64,000 nt of DNA, taken from Sphyrna mokarran. Its lineage: Eukaryota. The position numbers and the translations under genes are program-made. Every line of letters starts with the position of its first letter. The first letter of the stretch is position 1. Below, piece by piece: positions 27,867 through 42,500 of this stretch. A model generated the notes under the pieces. It made no database searches. It was not told where the DNA came from and worked only from the letters and a program-made list of their open reading frames with translations. The stretch covers positions 70,246,001-70,310,000 of the forward strand of contig JAGIQG010000009.1 in assembly GCA_024679065.1 (NCBI GenBank). Direction: 5' to 3'.

Positions 27867-28589
27867 TTTTTGCTCCATTAACTGAAACAGAAGAACATGC
27901 CTCTAAAAGTTGCACACATCTGTTTTCAGTAATTCTATATTGTGTGGATTCCACACATGCACAGACTCTACTGAGGCTAACCAATTTCATTCCTATTAAA
28001 ATGGGGGTGAACGGGGGAGGTGGCAGTCGCCTGCTGTGTCACATGCAGTAGTAGTCTTATGCTGTTCGTTAATGAGATGACTCATTCTTAGAAATATTTT
28101 GCACTGCAGGGACAATTTTTACTTCATCTGTATTCAGCATGACAGCATTCAGGTCATAGATTAAATCCAAGGATAACTGTTCTTTCAAATCAATTCCAAA
28201 ACTAGTGGCCTAAATTTTTAAGGATATTGAATCAATTTAAAGTGAAGCACTGGAATTTTTGGAAATATCAGTAAATTCCGTCAGTGAAGTCAGCTGCATT
28301 ACCTGAACTTTGTTAAGTGATAGTTTTTAAACAATTACATAGGAATTCCAGAGTTTAGAATCAAAACAGCTGAAAGTACAGCGGTCAATGGCAAGACAAA
28401 GGAAATCCAAGATGCACAAGAGGATCAGAAATCTCAGTAATAGGTTTAAGAAAAATATCAAGATAGAGAGGGGAAAAAAGCAATGGAAATGTTACATATA
28501 TTTCAGAAAGTTACCTTCACTAGAGGAAACAGTGGCTCGACGACTGAAATAAGACCACAGGAAGAAACTAGGATGTTTTATTGCACCAA

Positions 28590-28689
28590 NNNNNNNNNNN
28601 NNNNNNNNNNNNNNNNNNNNNNNNNNNNNNNNNNNNNNNNNNNNNNNNNNNNNNNNNNNNNNNNNNNNNNNNNNNNNNNNNNNNNNNNN
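28590..28689. other. Assembly gap (100 N)
   Basis: Run of exactly 100 N, a typical placeholder for a gap of unknown size. Confidence 0.99.
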
Positions 28690-30332
28690 TTGGTGCAATA
28701 AAACATCCTAGTTTCTTCCTGTGGTCTTATTTCAGTCGTCGAGCCACTGTTTCCTCTAGTGAAGGTAACTTTCTGAAATATATGTAACATTTCCATTGCT
28801 TTTTTCCCCTCTCTATCTTGATATTTTTCTTAAACCTATTACTGAGATTTCTGATCCTCTTGTGCATCTTGGATTTCCTTTGTCTTGCCATTGACCGCTG
28901 TACTTTCAGCTGTTTTGATTCTAAACTCTGGAATTCCTATGTAATTGTTTAAAAACTATCACTTAACAAAGTTCAGGTAATGCAGCTGACTTCACTGACG
29001 GAATTTACTGATATTTCCAAAAATTCCAGTGCTTCACTTTAAATTGATTCAATATCCTTAAAAATTTAGGCCACTAGTTTTGGAATTGATTTGAAAGAAC
29101 AGTTATCCTTGGATTTAATCTATGACCTGAATGCTGTCATGCTGAATACAGATGAAGTAAAAATTGTCCCTGCAGTGCAAAATATTTCTAAGAATGAGTC
29201 ATCTCATTAACGAACAGCATAAGACTACTACTGCATGTGACACAGCAGGCGACTGCCACCTCCCCCGTTCACCCCCATTTTAATAGGAATGAAATTGGTT
29301 AGCCTCAGTAGAGTCTGTGCATGTGTGGAATCCACACAATATAGAATTACTGAAAACAGATGTGTGCAACTTTTAGAGGCATGTTCTTCTGTTTCAGTTA
29401 ATGGAGCAAAAAAGGTAAACTGTCATAGTCTAAAATGACTATAGGCTGCTCTCCTTCTCAAACATTTAACCTGAGGATTCTAAGTCAAGGGACAAGACTG
29501 AGAAGATGGGGCTTTTGTGCATAATCTCAGCCAATATGGGAATTGAATCCATGCTGTTGGCATTGAAGCAGCTGTCCAGCTAACTGAGCTAAACCAACTT
29601 CCAGTCAGATATAGTAAACAGTGCAGATTTGTAGAAGAGTTTCCAAATGAAAAACTGATGACTTCAGTATAAATTGTATGTTACTTTAAGAAGAATTTTT
29701 CACTTTGGTCTTTACAAAGAAACAATTTCTACTTTAAACTCCCCTTTGTAAATTTAATCTCATCTGGAATTCGTCCATCTCTATTTGCTGACCCAAATGT
29801 TTCCTGCTTTACCAAAGCCTGAATTTGATTTTTTGAATAATCCTGATTTCTCCACGGCCTCCTATCTCTCTCATCCTTGTGAATCTCTAAAATTCTTCTG
29901 GAGCTCCATGTTCCACTAAGTATGGTCTGTTGTGTATCTCAGCTTGTTAAATCCTTCCCCTTCAACATTTCTATCTTTTTCTTTTTAAGAAGCTGTTGGA
30001 AAAATTGTCTCCTTTTGGTTTGTCTGGCTTTGTTTGATGAGCCTCAGGAGGTTGAATCAGCAAAATTTCCCCAAGAAGAAATACCTAGGGAACACCACCA
30101 CCCTCAAAGTTCTGTTCAAAGACATGCCACTTCTTGAACAGCAGTTCAAGAAGGCGGCTTACCACCACTTGGTCTCAGCTAACTAGGGAGGTACAAAGAA
30201 ATGCTGGTCTGACCCATATCGAAAGAATACATTCAAAAACAGTTTTGATCTACAAAGTTAAAGTTGAAGATTACTAACTTAGTTTTCATTGATGGACAGT
30301 TACTAATTCTTCATTTGTATAATTATTTCCAG

Positions 30333-30526
30333 TACTATAGTCTCAGTTCTACAAAACTGGCTGGACCTGTACTCAGAAGATTTCTGCCATCTTCCAAGTT
30401 ACACATGCATTCGGAAGATAATTGCCTACTTGAAGCAGGCCATGCCAGGATCGGAGCTTGAGCAACGGATGCAGAACCTTCTTGATCGGTTTGAGAAGGA
30501 ACAATCAGAAGAACGGGAGCTTGACT
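30333..30526 (+). CDS. RGL1: RGL1-like exon A (REM C-terminal part)
   Basis: tttccag|[64 protein letters not shown]|gtaaga. Confidence 0.9.
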
Positions 30527-33500
30527 GTAAGATATTAATTTTTGTATTGCAAAGATAAATCTTTTGTTTCTTTCTCCTCGCCACCCTTTCCTTTTGTTCC
30601 TCCCTTAAAAATCTTAATTCCAATGATGATAAGTCATTGATCTGAAACAGTCTCTCCACATACTGCCAGTCCTGCTGAGCATTCTAGTGTTTGTTTTTTT
30701 AACATCGGCACCAGAGCCAGTTTCACTTCGAACCTCCTTTCAGAGGAATCAATTTTATTTGTTGTGTTGGAAATACTCCAGTCAGCCTTTTGTGCAACGT
30801 TTAAACACTGAAGTTAGAAAACCATTGGTGCATGGATTACTTCAATTTGGTGGGTAGAGAAATGTTCAGAAATGAGATTGCAGCAGATGGATCCATTTGA
30901 GAGTTCGAACTTGCACCGTCACCTTTGGCCAAATGGTTGACCTGTGTTTCACTTTGGAATATCTTCATAAACATACTTTGATAATTTCCAGTTAAACTAC
31001 TCTATAACTGAATGGTAACTCAAAAGATAAAGGTTTTGAGTCGCTCTGAAAGATAAAATGGATTAATTATACTCTGGATTGTAATGGAATTAATGAAATT
31101 GGTACAATGATATTTTAAACATTACCAGATCTTAAAAAAAACACTATTGACAAATTATAATCTCCAACATGCAATACATGTTGTTACAGCAACACCATTT
31201 TACCCACACATACTCCAATTGAGTATTCTGCCAGGTTGGAAGAATCATTTCCAAATGATGTGGTGTTGTGAATTAGTTTATTTATATGTTATGTATTGTG
31301 TATAGCTTTTCACATTACTGGCATTCTTAAATAAACTAATTCAGAACATTCGCTGACCATAGGTTCATGCAAAGTTATGCCCAATGGTTTTGAAGTTCAT
31401 TTGGGTTTCCTTTTGCAATTTTTTGAAATTGTTTCTGTATTCTGAATTTATAATTAAGCTAAGCTTGTTTAAAAATGAATCAGAGTTGAGTGTTATGCTG
31501 ACATTGACTGGAAGAGGGTCTTTTTTCTGTTGTGGTCCCATTTCAGTCTTGACCTTTTGTATGCCAAAGTATTGGAAAGGCTTTTCCAGAACTTTCAGTG
31601 CTTCTGGAAAGGACTCTGAAATGTTTCCCTCTCCTTTTCTAATCCCAATCTTTTCCTGCCCTCTCCTTACACTAACAATTCGAGGCGCTATGATTATAGA
31701 ATACACAAGCACAGATATACATAATGTAACTTTAAGAGGAAGATGCAGTATGATCTGATTTTTGCCTGGCAGCATTTATTGTGGCCTATTGGCAATTTCT
31801 TGTAGCTGTTGCTATCAATGGTATCTTTGTTCCATTCTGTGACTTGCTCTATGAAATAAGAACATACTAAGTGCGGTGGAAGATTTACTCAGACACAGAT
31901 TAGCTTCCCATCTATCAGGACTGCTTAATGGGAACACATTAATAAATATTTTCTTGCTGCTCAAGTGCTCTCCATTAAGAGACTTTGATTATAACATTGT
32001 TCAAGATTAATTTCACTGAATCTAGATTTTAAAAAATACAGCTGTAAGAATATTTTAGACCAGTTTTCTAATTATGCATATTTGAGAAGTGTATTGTTTT
32101 TAGAAACTTGAGTTAAGTGCCATGAACTTTGGGCACAAAATAAATGTCTCCTTTCAATTATACAGATAGTAACTATGGAAACATTACTTTCCAACTGGGA
32201 GAGGAAGGGGATGTAGAGATAGGGGGAGTTGACAAGAAACAGGACATCCTCTCCTTTCCGTCAGACGTTGTTGCAGAACAGCTGACGTACATGGATGCTG
32301 TGAGTAAACGTGAACTTAGGGTCTTTCTGTCAGGACCAGTTGCCCATTACTCTGCGTGTGATGTTTTGGACGGTAGTCAATGATCCAATCTCTCTTCATA
32401 TCATTAGCAGTCACTATAACTGAATTCACACACAATGCAGTGTTCTAAGACACCAGAGCATGTTTGACATGTGACTTCAGTAACAAGATTGGAATATCTT
32501 TCAATGAAACTTCAACAGCTGCCTTTGTTTCTCTGAAGGTGAAAGTCATGTGAAACAAATAGCCTTGGGGTGACTGAAAACCCCTTTATTTTTAACATCT
32601 CCTGTTAGACTTCTGCCCATTGTGTAATAGTATTGCAGGATTAAAACTGCAATGTTCACAGCTGGCATAAAAATAGTAACAAATATGAGCAGGCCAGTGC
32701 AGTTTCCTTTTTAGTTTTCAGATAAAGACTGACACAGGTCTCGCTTGCATGGAAAAAGCTTGGCAAACTTTTCATGGTGTATAGCAGTCAAAGTGCAACC
32801 AGTCTGCCTGAGTATCCTAGAGAGTTAGAGCATGGAAACGGGCCCTTCAGCCCAATTTGTCCATGCCACCCAGTTTTTAACCATTAAGTTAGTCCCAGTT
32901 GCCCATGTTTGGCCCATATCCCACTCTACCATTCTTATCCATGTAACTACCTCTGACAGCTTTTTCCAGGTGCCCACCAACTGTGGAGGGCAGAGGGAGG
33001 CAAATTGCCCCTCTGCAGCCATTTGTATCTCTCCCTTCTCACCATGAACCAATGCCCTCTAGTTTTAGACTTCCCAACTTTGGGAAGAGATATTGACTCT
33101 CTGTCTTATCTGTGCCCTTCTATTTTATAAACTGCTAAGATTATCCTAAGCCCCACATGTTCCAAGTAAACAAAGTCCCAGCTTCTCCTTGAAATTAAAC
33201 CATAATGTCCCAGTACCATCCTAGTCATTCTTTTCCCAGTTTAATAATATCCTATCTATAATAATAGAGTGACCAGAACTGTACACAGTATTCCAAGTAT
33301 GGCCTTACCAATGTCATGTACAAGTCCTAACTGCTGTATTCAATGTTATCATTTATGACGAGACCAATTTAACATAGACTAATGGAGGGTATAAATAGAC
33401 TGTAAAATGAGTCTTTTGCCCAATCCCATCTGGACAAATTACATTAAAATTGCAACCTATGGTTGTTTCAAAATAAAATGTTTTAGAAATTTGTTTAATT

Positions 33501-36500
33501 GAAATGCTTAGTCTATGCAGGACATCTTAATTTTTAGAATATTGGAAGAGGGCAGCTTTTTAACATTGAAACATTCTATAAATATATTCCTTTAGTCCAC
33601 ATCAGCTATCTTCCTCTCTAAACATTACTGGATCCAAGTAATAAAGTACATGCTGCTTTAGTAACCTGAACCCACTCACCTACTTCAACTACATGCTGCC
33701 TCTTTGGCAATATAATCAGCAGACATGGGAGTCAGTTCTACAGGTACTTTAATGCCTAACTCTACCTCTCCGCCATTTTTCTTGACCTTTTGTCTTATCA
33801 TTTGCATTGCTAGACTGGCAGTTCATTCAGTTGTGCGTGAACAAGCCATAAATTTCCCAGCATTCATCATGAGGGAGAATGAAGGCATAGTCCATCTTCA
33901 GCTGGCACTAGAGGTGCATGCCTTCCCAGTTATCATCTCTGATTTAAAAACACTGTATCCTATTAGCACAAGTCCAACTCTAATATTTTCTGCCTATATT
34001 CCATGCTTGCATTTCCTCCCCAAATCTTTTCTGTCTCTTCCTGCTATGGCCTTTCTTAAAACATAAATCTTTGACTAAGATTTTGGTAACCATCCTAACT
34101 TTGCCCCTTGTTTCTGACTATGTCTTGAATCCCATCTCCATATGACTGAGTAATATAGTTGTAGCTGTTGTGGTTCACTTTCACCTTTTAATTTGAAGAT
34201 CTCATTAAGTGTTACCAAATATTTTAATTGGTGTATGAGAGGCTTTTGTAAAGTAGATAATCTGGTCAAAAATAATCTGTCACTCACTTATGGGGTAGAA
34301 ATTTGTCTCAGGTAGTTGTGCAAATTGTGTGGTATTGATCAGCCACTCATTATATATACACCATCCAATGTTAGCAGGAGCTGAACAGATATTGAATGTT
34401 TCACTCCACTAATGCACTCCTGTATTTGTGAGAATTATACATTGTCACTGTTTAACCTTTGTATTTTAGTTTTAAATATACAAAGCAGTGAAGCTGGTTG
34501 ACTTTTATCTGGACAAGTTTTGTTTGCACTTCAGTATTCTAAAGGTCCATGGTAATAAAAACATCTTTAGTTATTCATTTTTATTTTTGATCAGTACCTG
34601 TTCAAAAAGGTGGTCCCCCATCATTGCCTGGGATACATCTGGTCCCGAAGAGATAACAAGGAAAACAAACATCCAGCACCTACAGTCCAGGCTACCATCA
34701 CTCAATTCAATCTCGTCACTAAGTGTGTCATCAGTACCATATTAAAGGATCTCCAGTTGAAACCACAGCAGAGGGCTAAAATAATTGACAAGTGGATTCA
34801 CATTGCTCAGGTATGACACTGTTTATTGATCTCTATGCAAAAAACAAAATCCCACAAGGATGTGGAAAGCAGCATGCAAGCAATTTGGGTTGAATGTTAA
34901 CAAGTACAGAAAACCTCATGGATAGTGGGTGAGGCAGTGAGGTAGGTTTCTGAGGAAGAAAAGTTGATTGCTTCTGTAGAATGTTGCATCATGGCAATCA
35001 TAATTTCCACAGTGAGTCTGAAAGCTGAAATCAGTATAATTTGCTTTTGTAAACAAAAACCCAGTATGTGCTAAACATTGTATCCTTTGGCCGCAAATAA
35101 GAGAGTAAGCTGGATAAGCAGCCCCTTCGTAATTTGCAGTGCCTATTACAGAAGCTGTTTTGCCAGCTCCCGTGCATTAAAGATCCCGTAGTCATATCAC
35201 AGTCGGGCATCATTTAATTATATGAAATGTGTGGCAGCCATGTGACTGCCCTGTGTTTTTAAAGATCTAAAGACACTGTTGGTTGAGCTCTGGGTCAAGA
35301 CCTCTGCCCAGCTTTCAACCTGGGCTTTATGTTTTCTCAAGGAAATCAAACAGTTAATAAAGCTGCAGGATGTCTGAAGAGGAAGAGGTTGGTGTTATGT
35401 AGCTAACAGATCATGCCTCTGCTAATGTTTGCATTTGAATACTAACAAATCACGTGAAGGAACAATGCAAACTGATTTCAGGTTATTAACTGCATTTCTG
35501 CAATGAAGTCGGGTATTACAGTTTGTCCGTTGCATCCCTCCCACTTCTGGCTGTAATTAATGTTTATATTTTATTCTTCCTTTCCGTCGATTCTTGCTGG
35601 TGAATGACCCCATGCCCAAGTGACTTCCCTTCAGCATCTTATCAAATTGGCTGTTCATCTCATGCAGAGACAGGGGATGGGGGGATTGAAAGAGATTGGG
35701 AGCAGGTTCTCTTTTAGGTCAGCAATAGAGGCAGACTGGGTCTAAAGTTATCAGTGCCAGTTTGGTGTTCTGTCTTCCTGCTCATTTTGGGGAAGATAGG
35801 TTTGAGGCTCAACAAGGATGCCCACCTTGGTTGCGCTTTTTAGGATCATTGACAGGAGGTTGAATGAGATTTTCCATTTGGTCTCCAGTTCCATAACATG
35901 ACAGGTGCAGTTCAATTGGCTGCAGCCTGGTAGACACCCTGTGGCAGTGTCGCATGTATCAAAACTCCAGATAGGTTGACACGTCCTCCCTGCCTAATTG
36001 GGTACAGGCAGAACCAAAGGCCACCCTGTAGAGGTAGTCCCATCCTGTTGGTGGCCTTTGCTGCTTTATCTAAAATGAAATCAGATTTTTTTTTCATTTT
36101 GAAACATCCTCGATTACTTCTCCTTGGCAGCAGCTGGCTGTCCTCCTTGAGCTGGAAGGCTGATGCCCCTCTAGGTTTGAATGCCTGCCTGGGATCCCTG
36201 ACTCCATGTCTTTTTCAAGTGGCTGCTTCCATAAAAATCACACATCAATGACATTTTTACTAACTCTTACCCAACCTCTCAACCAGGCTGGTTTTGGAAC
36301 CTGGCAACAATCCCAGAAACTGTTTCCTGCCCTCGGGAGTGGGAATTATGACTGATTTAATTTCTCCTGCTTCCTTTTGTAGACTCAGTAAGAGTCTGGC
36401 AACACCAATTTTAAATCCAACCGATTTATTTGAAAGTAAATCCTACAGTGCAGAAGGAGGCCATTCAGCCCATGCAACCTGCATCAATAACAATCTAATC

Positions 36501-39500
36501 TAGGCCTTTTGTCGCCTTTGTCAGGCAAATGAGAACATCTCATTCACCTGACGAAGGCTACAAAGGCCAAAAGCTAGCAGATTTACTATCAAATAAATCG
36601 GTTGGATTTAAAATTGGTGTTGCCAGTCTCTTACTGAGTTTACCCCAGTCCAACGCCAGCATCTCTACATCATGACTCCTTTTGTAGAGTCAAGTGTATA
36701 GTGGGCACTGCTGCTGCTATCCTAGTTGAGATCAGCTAACTTGGATATCAACAGTTTTATTTTAGTCAAAATGTAGCCAATAAAAATGTACTCAATTTTC
36801 TGATTTATCTGCTTTTCTTTAGAAGATTATCTTGTGCTGCCTTCACTAGCCTTTTTTTGCTCTTTGTTAGAAGTTACAATATTTGTCACCAATTCATCAA
36901 CCTAACAAAATGGGCAGAGACTTCCCCTCTCCTCTTCCCTTCTCTCCCTCTTCCCCTCCCTCCCTTACCCCCTTCCCCGTTCCCCTCTTCCCTCCACCCT
37001 TCCCCTTCCCGCTCCCCTCCTTCCCCCTCTTCCTCTCAAACACACCATCTGACCACAGCTGAAGAGATTGTGGTAGAGGAAAAATAAGGGAGTAACGAGC
37101 GTGAAGTGTGACAATGTTTTTTCCATAATCTGTTTTTGCTGCTGTTATTTTCACAGCTGAGCTTCTGTTGATACTTCAGGTTCTGTCTTATCAGCAAATG
37201 GGAACTGCTGTTACTTACACAGAACTCTTTTGTTTTCCAACAGAAATGTAAGATCTTGAAGAATTTTTCATCTCTGCATGCAATTGTGTCTGCAATGCAG
37301 TCAACTCAAATATTCAAGTTGAAAAAGACTTGGGCGTTTGTATCAAAGTAAGTTCCTTTTCCACGGTAGCTATGAAATATTTCTGATAAACATACAGTAC
37401 TGGATAGTGAGTTTTACGTGCATCAATAAGATGACCAGAGGTACTTGCTGTGCACTCCTAACAATTGGCTAATTGCTAGAATTGTTCTTCCTTTGGCTAG
37501 CGCCAGGGACCTGGGTTCAATTTAGCCTTGAGTGACTGTGGAGTTTGCACATTCTGTGGCTGCATGGTTTTTCTCCTTGGTGTCCAGAGGGACTAGCAGG
37601 GTAAATCCATGCGGTTAGGGCTAGATTAGATTGTTATTGATGCAGGTTGCATGGGCTGAATGGCCTCCTTCTGCACTGTAGGAATTCTGATTCTTAATAA
37701 AGCTGTTCAGCTTGAACTTTAAATTACTATGCTCCCAAACTGATCTGCTCTTAGATATAACCTGCCACTATTCTCCCAAAATGATGCTGTGCCAGCCATA
37801 TAAGATGGTGGATAAAAGCAAATTACTGTGGGTGCTGGAATCTGAAAAGAGCTGAACATTCAAAGAGTCATCTGGGCTCAAAGCGTCAGCTCTTTTCTCC
37901 CCTTACAGATGCTGCCAGACCTGCTGAGATTTTCCAGCATTTTTCTCTTTTTTGATTTCATATAGGATACTGGAAGTATAGAAAAAACAGTCCTTTATCT
38001 CCTGAGGAAGTGTAATAAATCTTTGAGAGCATACACCTGTAATTTTTATCTCAGTGCTGCAGACAATTTAATCCTGTTTTTGGTTTTCTTGACAGTTTCT
38101 CTTGCTGCCAATAATATTTGCCAAAGGATAGCTAATCCAATTCAACAATCGCAAGTCTGAATTAACATTAAATTCTCTAAAATTTCCAAAATGCTCATCA
38201 TCCTCCATTGTCTATGTTACCTGTTTGTCAATGTCGGAGTCCTTAGCAGCCATTAGTTAATCTCCTTCTATTCCCTCATGAGTAATTTGTCTTATTCTCT
38301 TGACTAGGCACAGTACTTCAATGTTTCATGAGCTTTTGGATATATCCTCCAATGAAAATAACTGTATGACAAATTTAGACCTGCTGATGAAGGTAAGATG
38401 TTGCATGTGGCCCAATGGATCTATTTTAGTGAGCTGTTCAATGCTTCAAAATAAGTAATAAATAGTATCTACAATGAATTAAACTGCTGATTGACTGCAT
38501 GTGAATGTTGTCAACCAATGAAGCAATGAGTGTACTAGGTGGTCTGGCTTGGCTTAAGCATTCAAAGCCTGTCGGATGCTAACTTTTTAAATAAACGTTT
38601 AATGTGGATATGCTGCCAAGAATACAACCTAAGTATATCTTAGAAATTTGAACTTGAAGTATAAAGTGAGACTTATGCCAATGATGTTTTTGCTTTGTAC
38701 ACTGAGGGCATGTAATTACAACCCAAAGTGGAAGACTTACAGATTTGTTTGGCTCCCCTAAGTATTTACTTGTTAAATTATTACCTGTTTTTCTTGTTTG
38801 TCCTCTATAATAAGGATTAGTTGTTGCATGAGAACTGGGGCATATTTGCAATCCGATTGCTTTATTTGTTGAATATTTCAAACTGTAATGATCTAATTTC
38901 ATATCGTTTGTGTCAAAACAGACACCAATCACAGCATCTGGAAACATTGTGCTTTTACTTTGTTTTAAGAGAGCCACATACTCCAGGAATACTGAGTTAC
39001 TGAAATATTAACACATAGAAATTTACAGTGATGAAGGGGCCACTCGTCCCATTGTGTTCATACTGGCTGATTAGTAGCCGTCAGTCTAATCTCTCGATCC
39101 GTAATTTTGATAAGTGTACGTCCAAGTAGTTAGAGGATCTCTTGTCAATACCAGTAAGTTCCCAAACCCAGCCACAATTATTAGAACCATAGGAATATCC
39201 ACCCCTACTATTCCACACCCTTGTGGTTCCCAGTGAATCCTGCTCTTTATCTGCACTAGTTCTTAATGTATTCTGAAAAAGTCTTTGGGTTTCTTTATTT
39301 GCCAATATCTTGATGCCCTCTCTTTACTTTCCTAATTTCTTTTTAATGTAACCTCTACACCCTTTTTTTTACTCCTCTGAGATTCTTCATAGCACTGAGC
39401 CCTTGGTATCTGTCATAAGCTTCTTTTTCTTTCTTCTCCTAAGCCTCTTGACAGCCAGTGGCTCTGGATTTGTGAGTCCACATTTTTGAGGAACATATTT

Positions 39501-42500
39501 GACCTAAACTCTTGGTATCGCTTCCTTACCTTCCTCCCATTGACAGCTAAGACCAGTTGAATAACCACTCCTTTTCTCTGATGTGCTTATCAAGAATACT
39601 GGATGATTGTCAATGATTTTGCCAGGATATTTTTGAAAGTTCTCGTAGACATCAAAGTATATTAGAATCCTACAGCAGCAAAAACAAGCCCAACTAGGAA
39701 TGTACACTCACCATGTTTTGGATATGGCTTGCAATACCTAACTCTCGGTATCTGAGGACCAAAATGCAATCAGTCAAATTGAGCAGTTTGACAGGATTGC
39801 CTGTTTTTGTATGTGTTTGACATGATTTTGCAATGCCATGCTCTGGTTGTACAAAGTTGATGTGGCTATTGACTTGCTAGATTTTGGCAATGTAACAAAA
39901 ATTCAGTTCATCTGAATTGATTTTCCCTTTTCTAAAAGAACATGATTCAGCTCGAGCACACATGTTGTTGCACTTCTGGGAATTGCAGCTGCACTCTTCT
40001 CCTTTTACCCTTTTCACCACTGTGCCTGTTTTTAGTGCTTGGCTCCGGGAAGAGCATTTTTGTTTCCTCACTTTCAGGCACTCCCTTTCAAACATGTCTT
40101 CTTTGATTTGAATTAGTGTCCAATAGGATGGGAGATAGTAAATCTATGCTAATATTGTAACAATCAACACTGATACATGTGTTTGGAAGAAAATGATGAT
40201 CTTATAAAGCATTTGTCCATCTCTGGGGGACTGTACACCCCAAATTAGATATAGATTTTATCATGAAGTGCTTCCAAAGTTATTTTTCACTTGATTAAGC
40301 TGACTGGCCTATAAATGACATGCAGGAGGCCTAAACGTGATTTTGCTTCTTCCTGTATATTTTCCTGCATATTTTCAGTTGAATAATTGGGCTGAATAGT
40401 CAACATAGTAGTCAAAAAGAAGTTATAATCCCAAAATTCATAATTTGTAGATTGCAGCAAGTGTACAGTCTGTCTTGTGCTGTTTTAAAAACTATTAAGG
40501 CACTCCAATGTCATCTGTACATACAATAAAACATCCTGGCACATTTACCATCACTTGAGTATCAAGAAGCCATTGTTTCTCTCTATTGCCAAAAGCTCCC
40601 TCCTTTGCTTAGACTGAACTGGACAGTGGAAAAACTTTGCTTTCTGTTTTATCTCAATCTATATCTTACATGTACTCCATCACCAAGACCACTTGCTCTT
40701 TTGCAGCATCTTGTGTCCCACATCAACTTAGTCCCAGTGTCCTTGCAATCTTTAATCTTTCCATTTGATGAGATACATCCAACACCCTGCCTTTTGACTA
40801 GCCTTAAGTCCAACTTTGTACCTCATCCTTGACTTGTTACTCTCTCCTTCTCTCTAACTTGAGGAATGTTCTGAAAAGCTTCATTTTCAATCAAAATTTC
40901 AGCAAACTCTTCTAACGTTTGTGCTCATGATCATCCATATTTATCTGCTTAATTTCTTCAATTTACCAAGTGATCAGTTACATTATAAATATTGAAATGC
41001 CAAATTATCCCATGTGCTTCATTGTGTACAGGATAAAAAATAATCAAGCATGGGTTGTTATTTAATTCCTAATCAATTTTGGAGGTAGTCAAAGCATTTG
41101 TCTTCTGTATTCGAAGAGGACTGTGTAGTATTTTTGTTAGGACTAATCTGTCAGGCACCCTGACCCATAAGCACATTGGAAAAGGAGCAGCAGTAGATCA
41201 TTTGAGCCTGAGCTGCCATTCAATAAAATCATGGTAGATGTTTTGTGGGCTCAGCTCCACCTTCCAATAATCCTTAATTCCTTTACTGCTCAAAAATTTA
41301 TCTATGCTTGCTTTAAGATGAACATTCAACAAGGTAGCCCCAACTGCTTTACTGCGTAGGAAATACCACAGATTCATAACTGTCTGCTGGAGAATTTCAC
41401 TGCACACCACCCCACCCCGCACCAGCCCCACCCAGAAATCCTAGGTAAAAATTTCAAACCATAATTGCCCTGCAATGGAAGCCATTCAAAAGTACAATAT
41501 ACATAGCAAACTGTCTTATAATCATAATCCAGAACAGGTCAGAATTAAACTACTACTAACTTCTGGATAACTATACAAAATTCACTCTAAGCCCCACCAT
41601 TGACAACCCAACCCCATCCTGCTGCTCCCCAGTTCTACCCACTTGTCTTACAAACTTACCTTCTCCATGGCTTTTCCAATGTGGCTGGACCTTTTAAACT
41701 TGCCTGCTTTATGACAACTAGAACTGTAAAAGAAGATGTGGTTTTACTTTCTCTCCAACTCTTTGCCTGTGGCACCTGCTGCATTATAATAAATGAATTT
41801 GAATCCTACCACAGAAACTAGGGATTTAAATTCAAATCAATAAGCATGAAACTACCAGATTGTTGTAAAAACCCATCTTATTCACAAATGTCCTTGAGGG
41901 TAGAAAATTGGTTATTCTTACCTTGTCTGCCCTACGCGTGACTCAGATCCATAGCAATATAGTTAACTCAACTGCCTTCTTCAATGATCTGGCAATTGTC
42001 AAGAGAATGGCTTGCCACCATCGTGAGGGCAATCAGAAACAGACCTTCTAACAAGATTACAAACAGAATTTGTGATTCAAATGCCCTCAATTACATCATG
42101 CCGCAAACTACAGAGCAATTAATTCTGCCGTCGACAGGTGATCCAGTCTCAAGTGCATCAGCCACGAAGTGTTCTCATTTGTGTTCTAATCTGAGACTGG
42201 CACTAATGATCAGCTTTTGTGCTCACTTGGTTCTCAATATGGGATAAATTGCAGTTTCACTTCAAAATATTGCAGGTTGAAATTTGCCCAACATGTTCGC
42301 ACAAGGCTTCAGATTTGTTATGTAATTTATAAAAACATGAGGCTTTGGGGTTATGATCTCACTTGGTGTCATATTGGTTACGAGTTAATAATTGATTTTC
42401 TTCCTAAATCTTCAAAGGAACTCGAAGGAACTTCAAAGTTTGCAAACCTTAACAGCCGTGTGAAGGAAAACAAAAAGCAGGGTCAGAAACAGCTACAGAT

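Noticed and set aside
28736-28764. Possible 29-nt exon next to the gap (ttatttcag...gaag|gtaact)
   Set aside because: No recognisable REM homology, and the only reading that ends in the phase 2 needed to join exon A gives no family-like peptide. It cannot be supported without RNA data.
28483-28796. ORFs spanning the N run
   Set aside because: Artefacts of translating through the gap.
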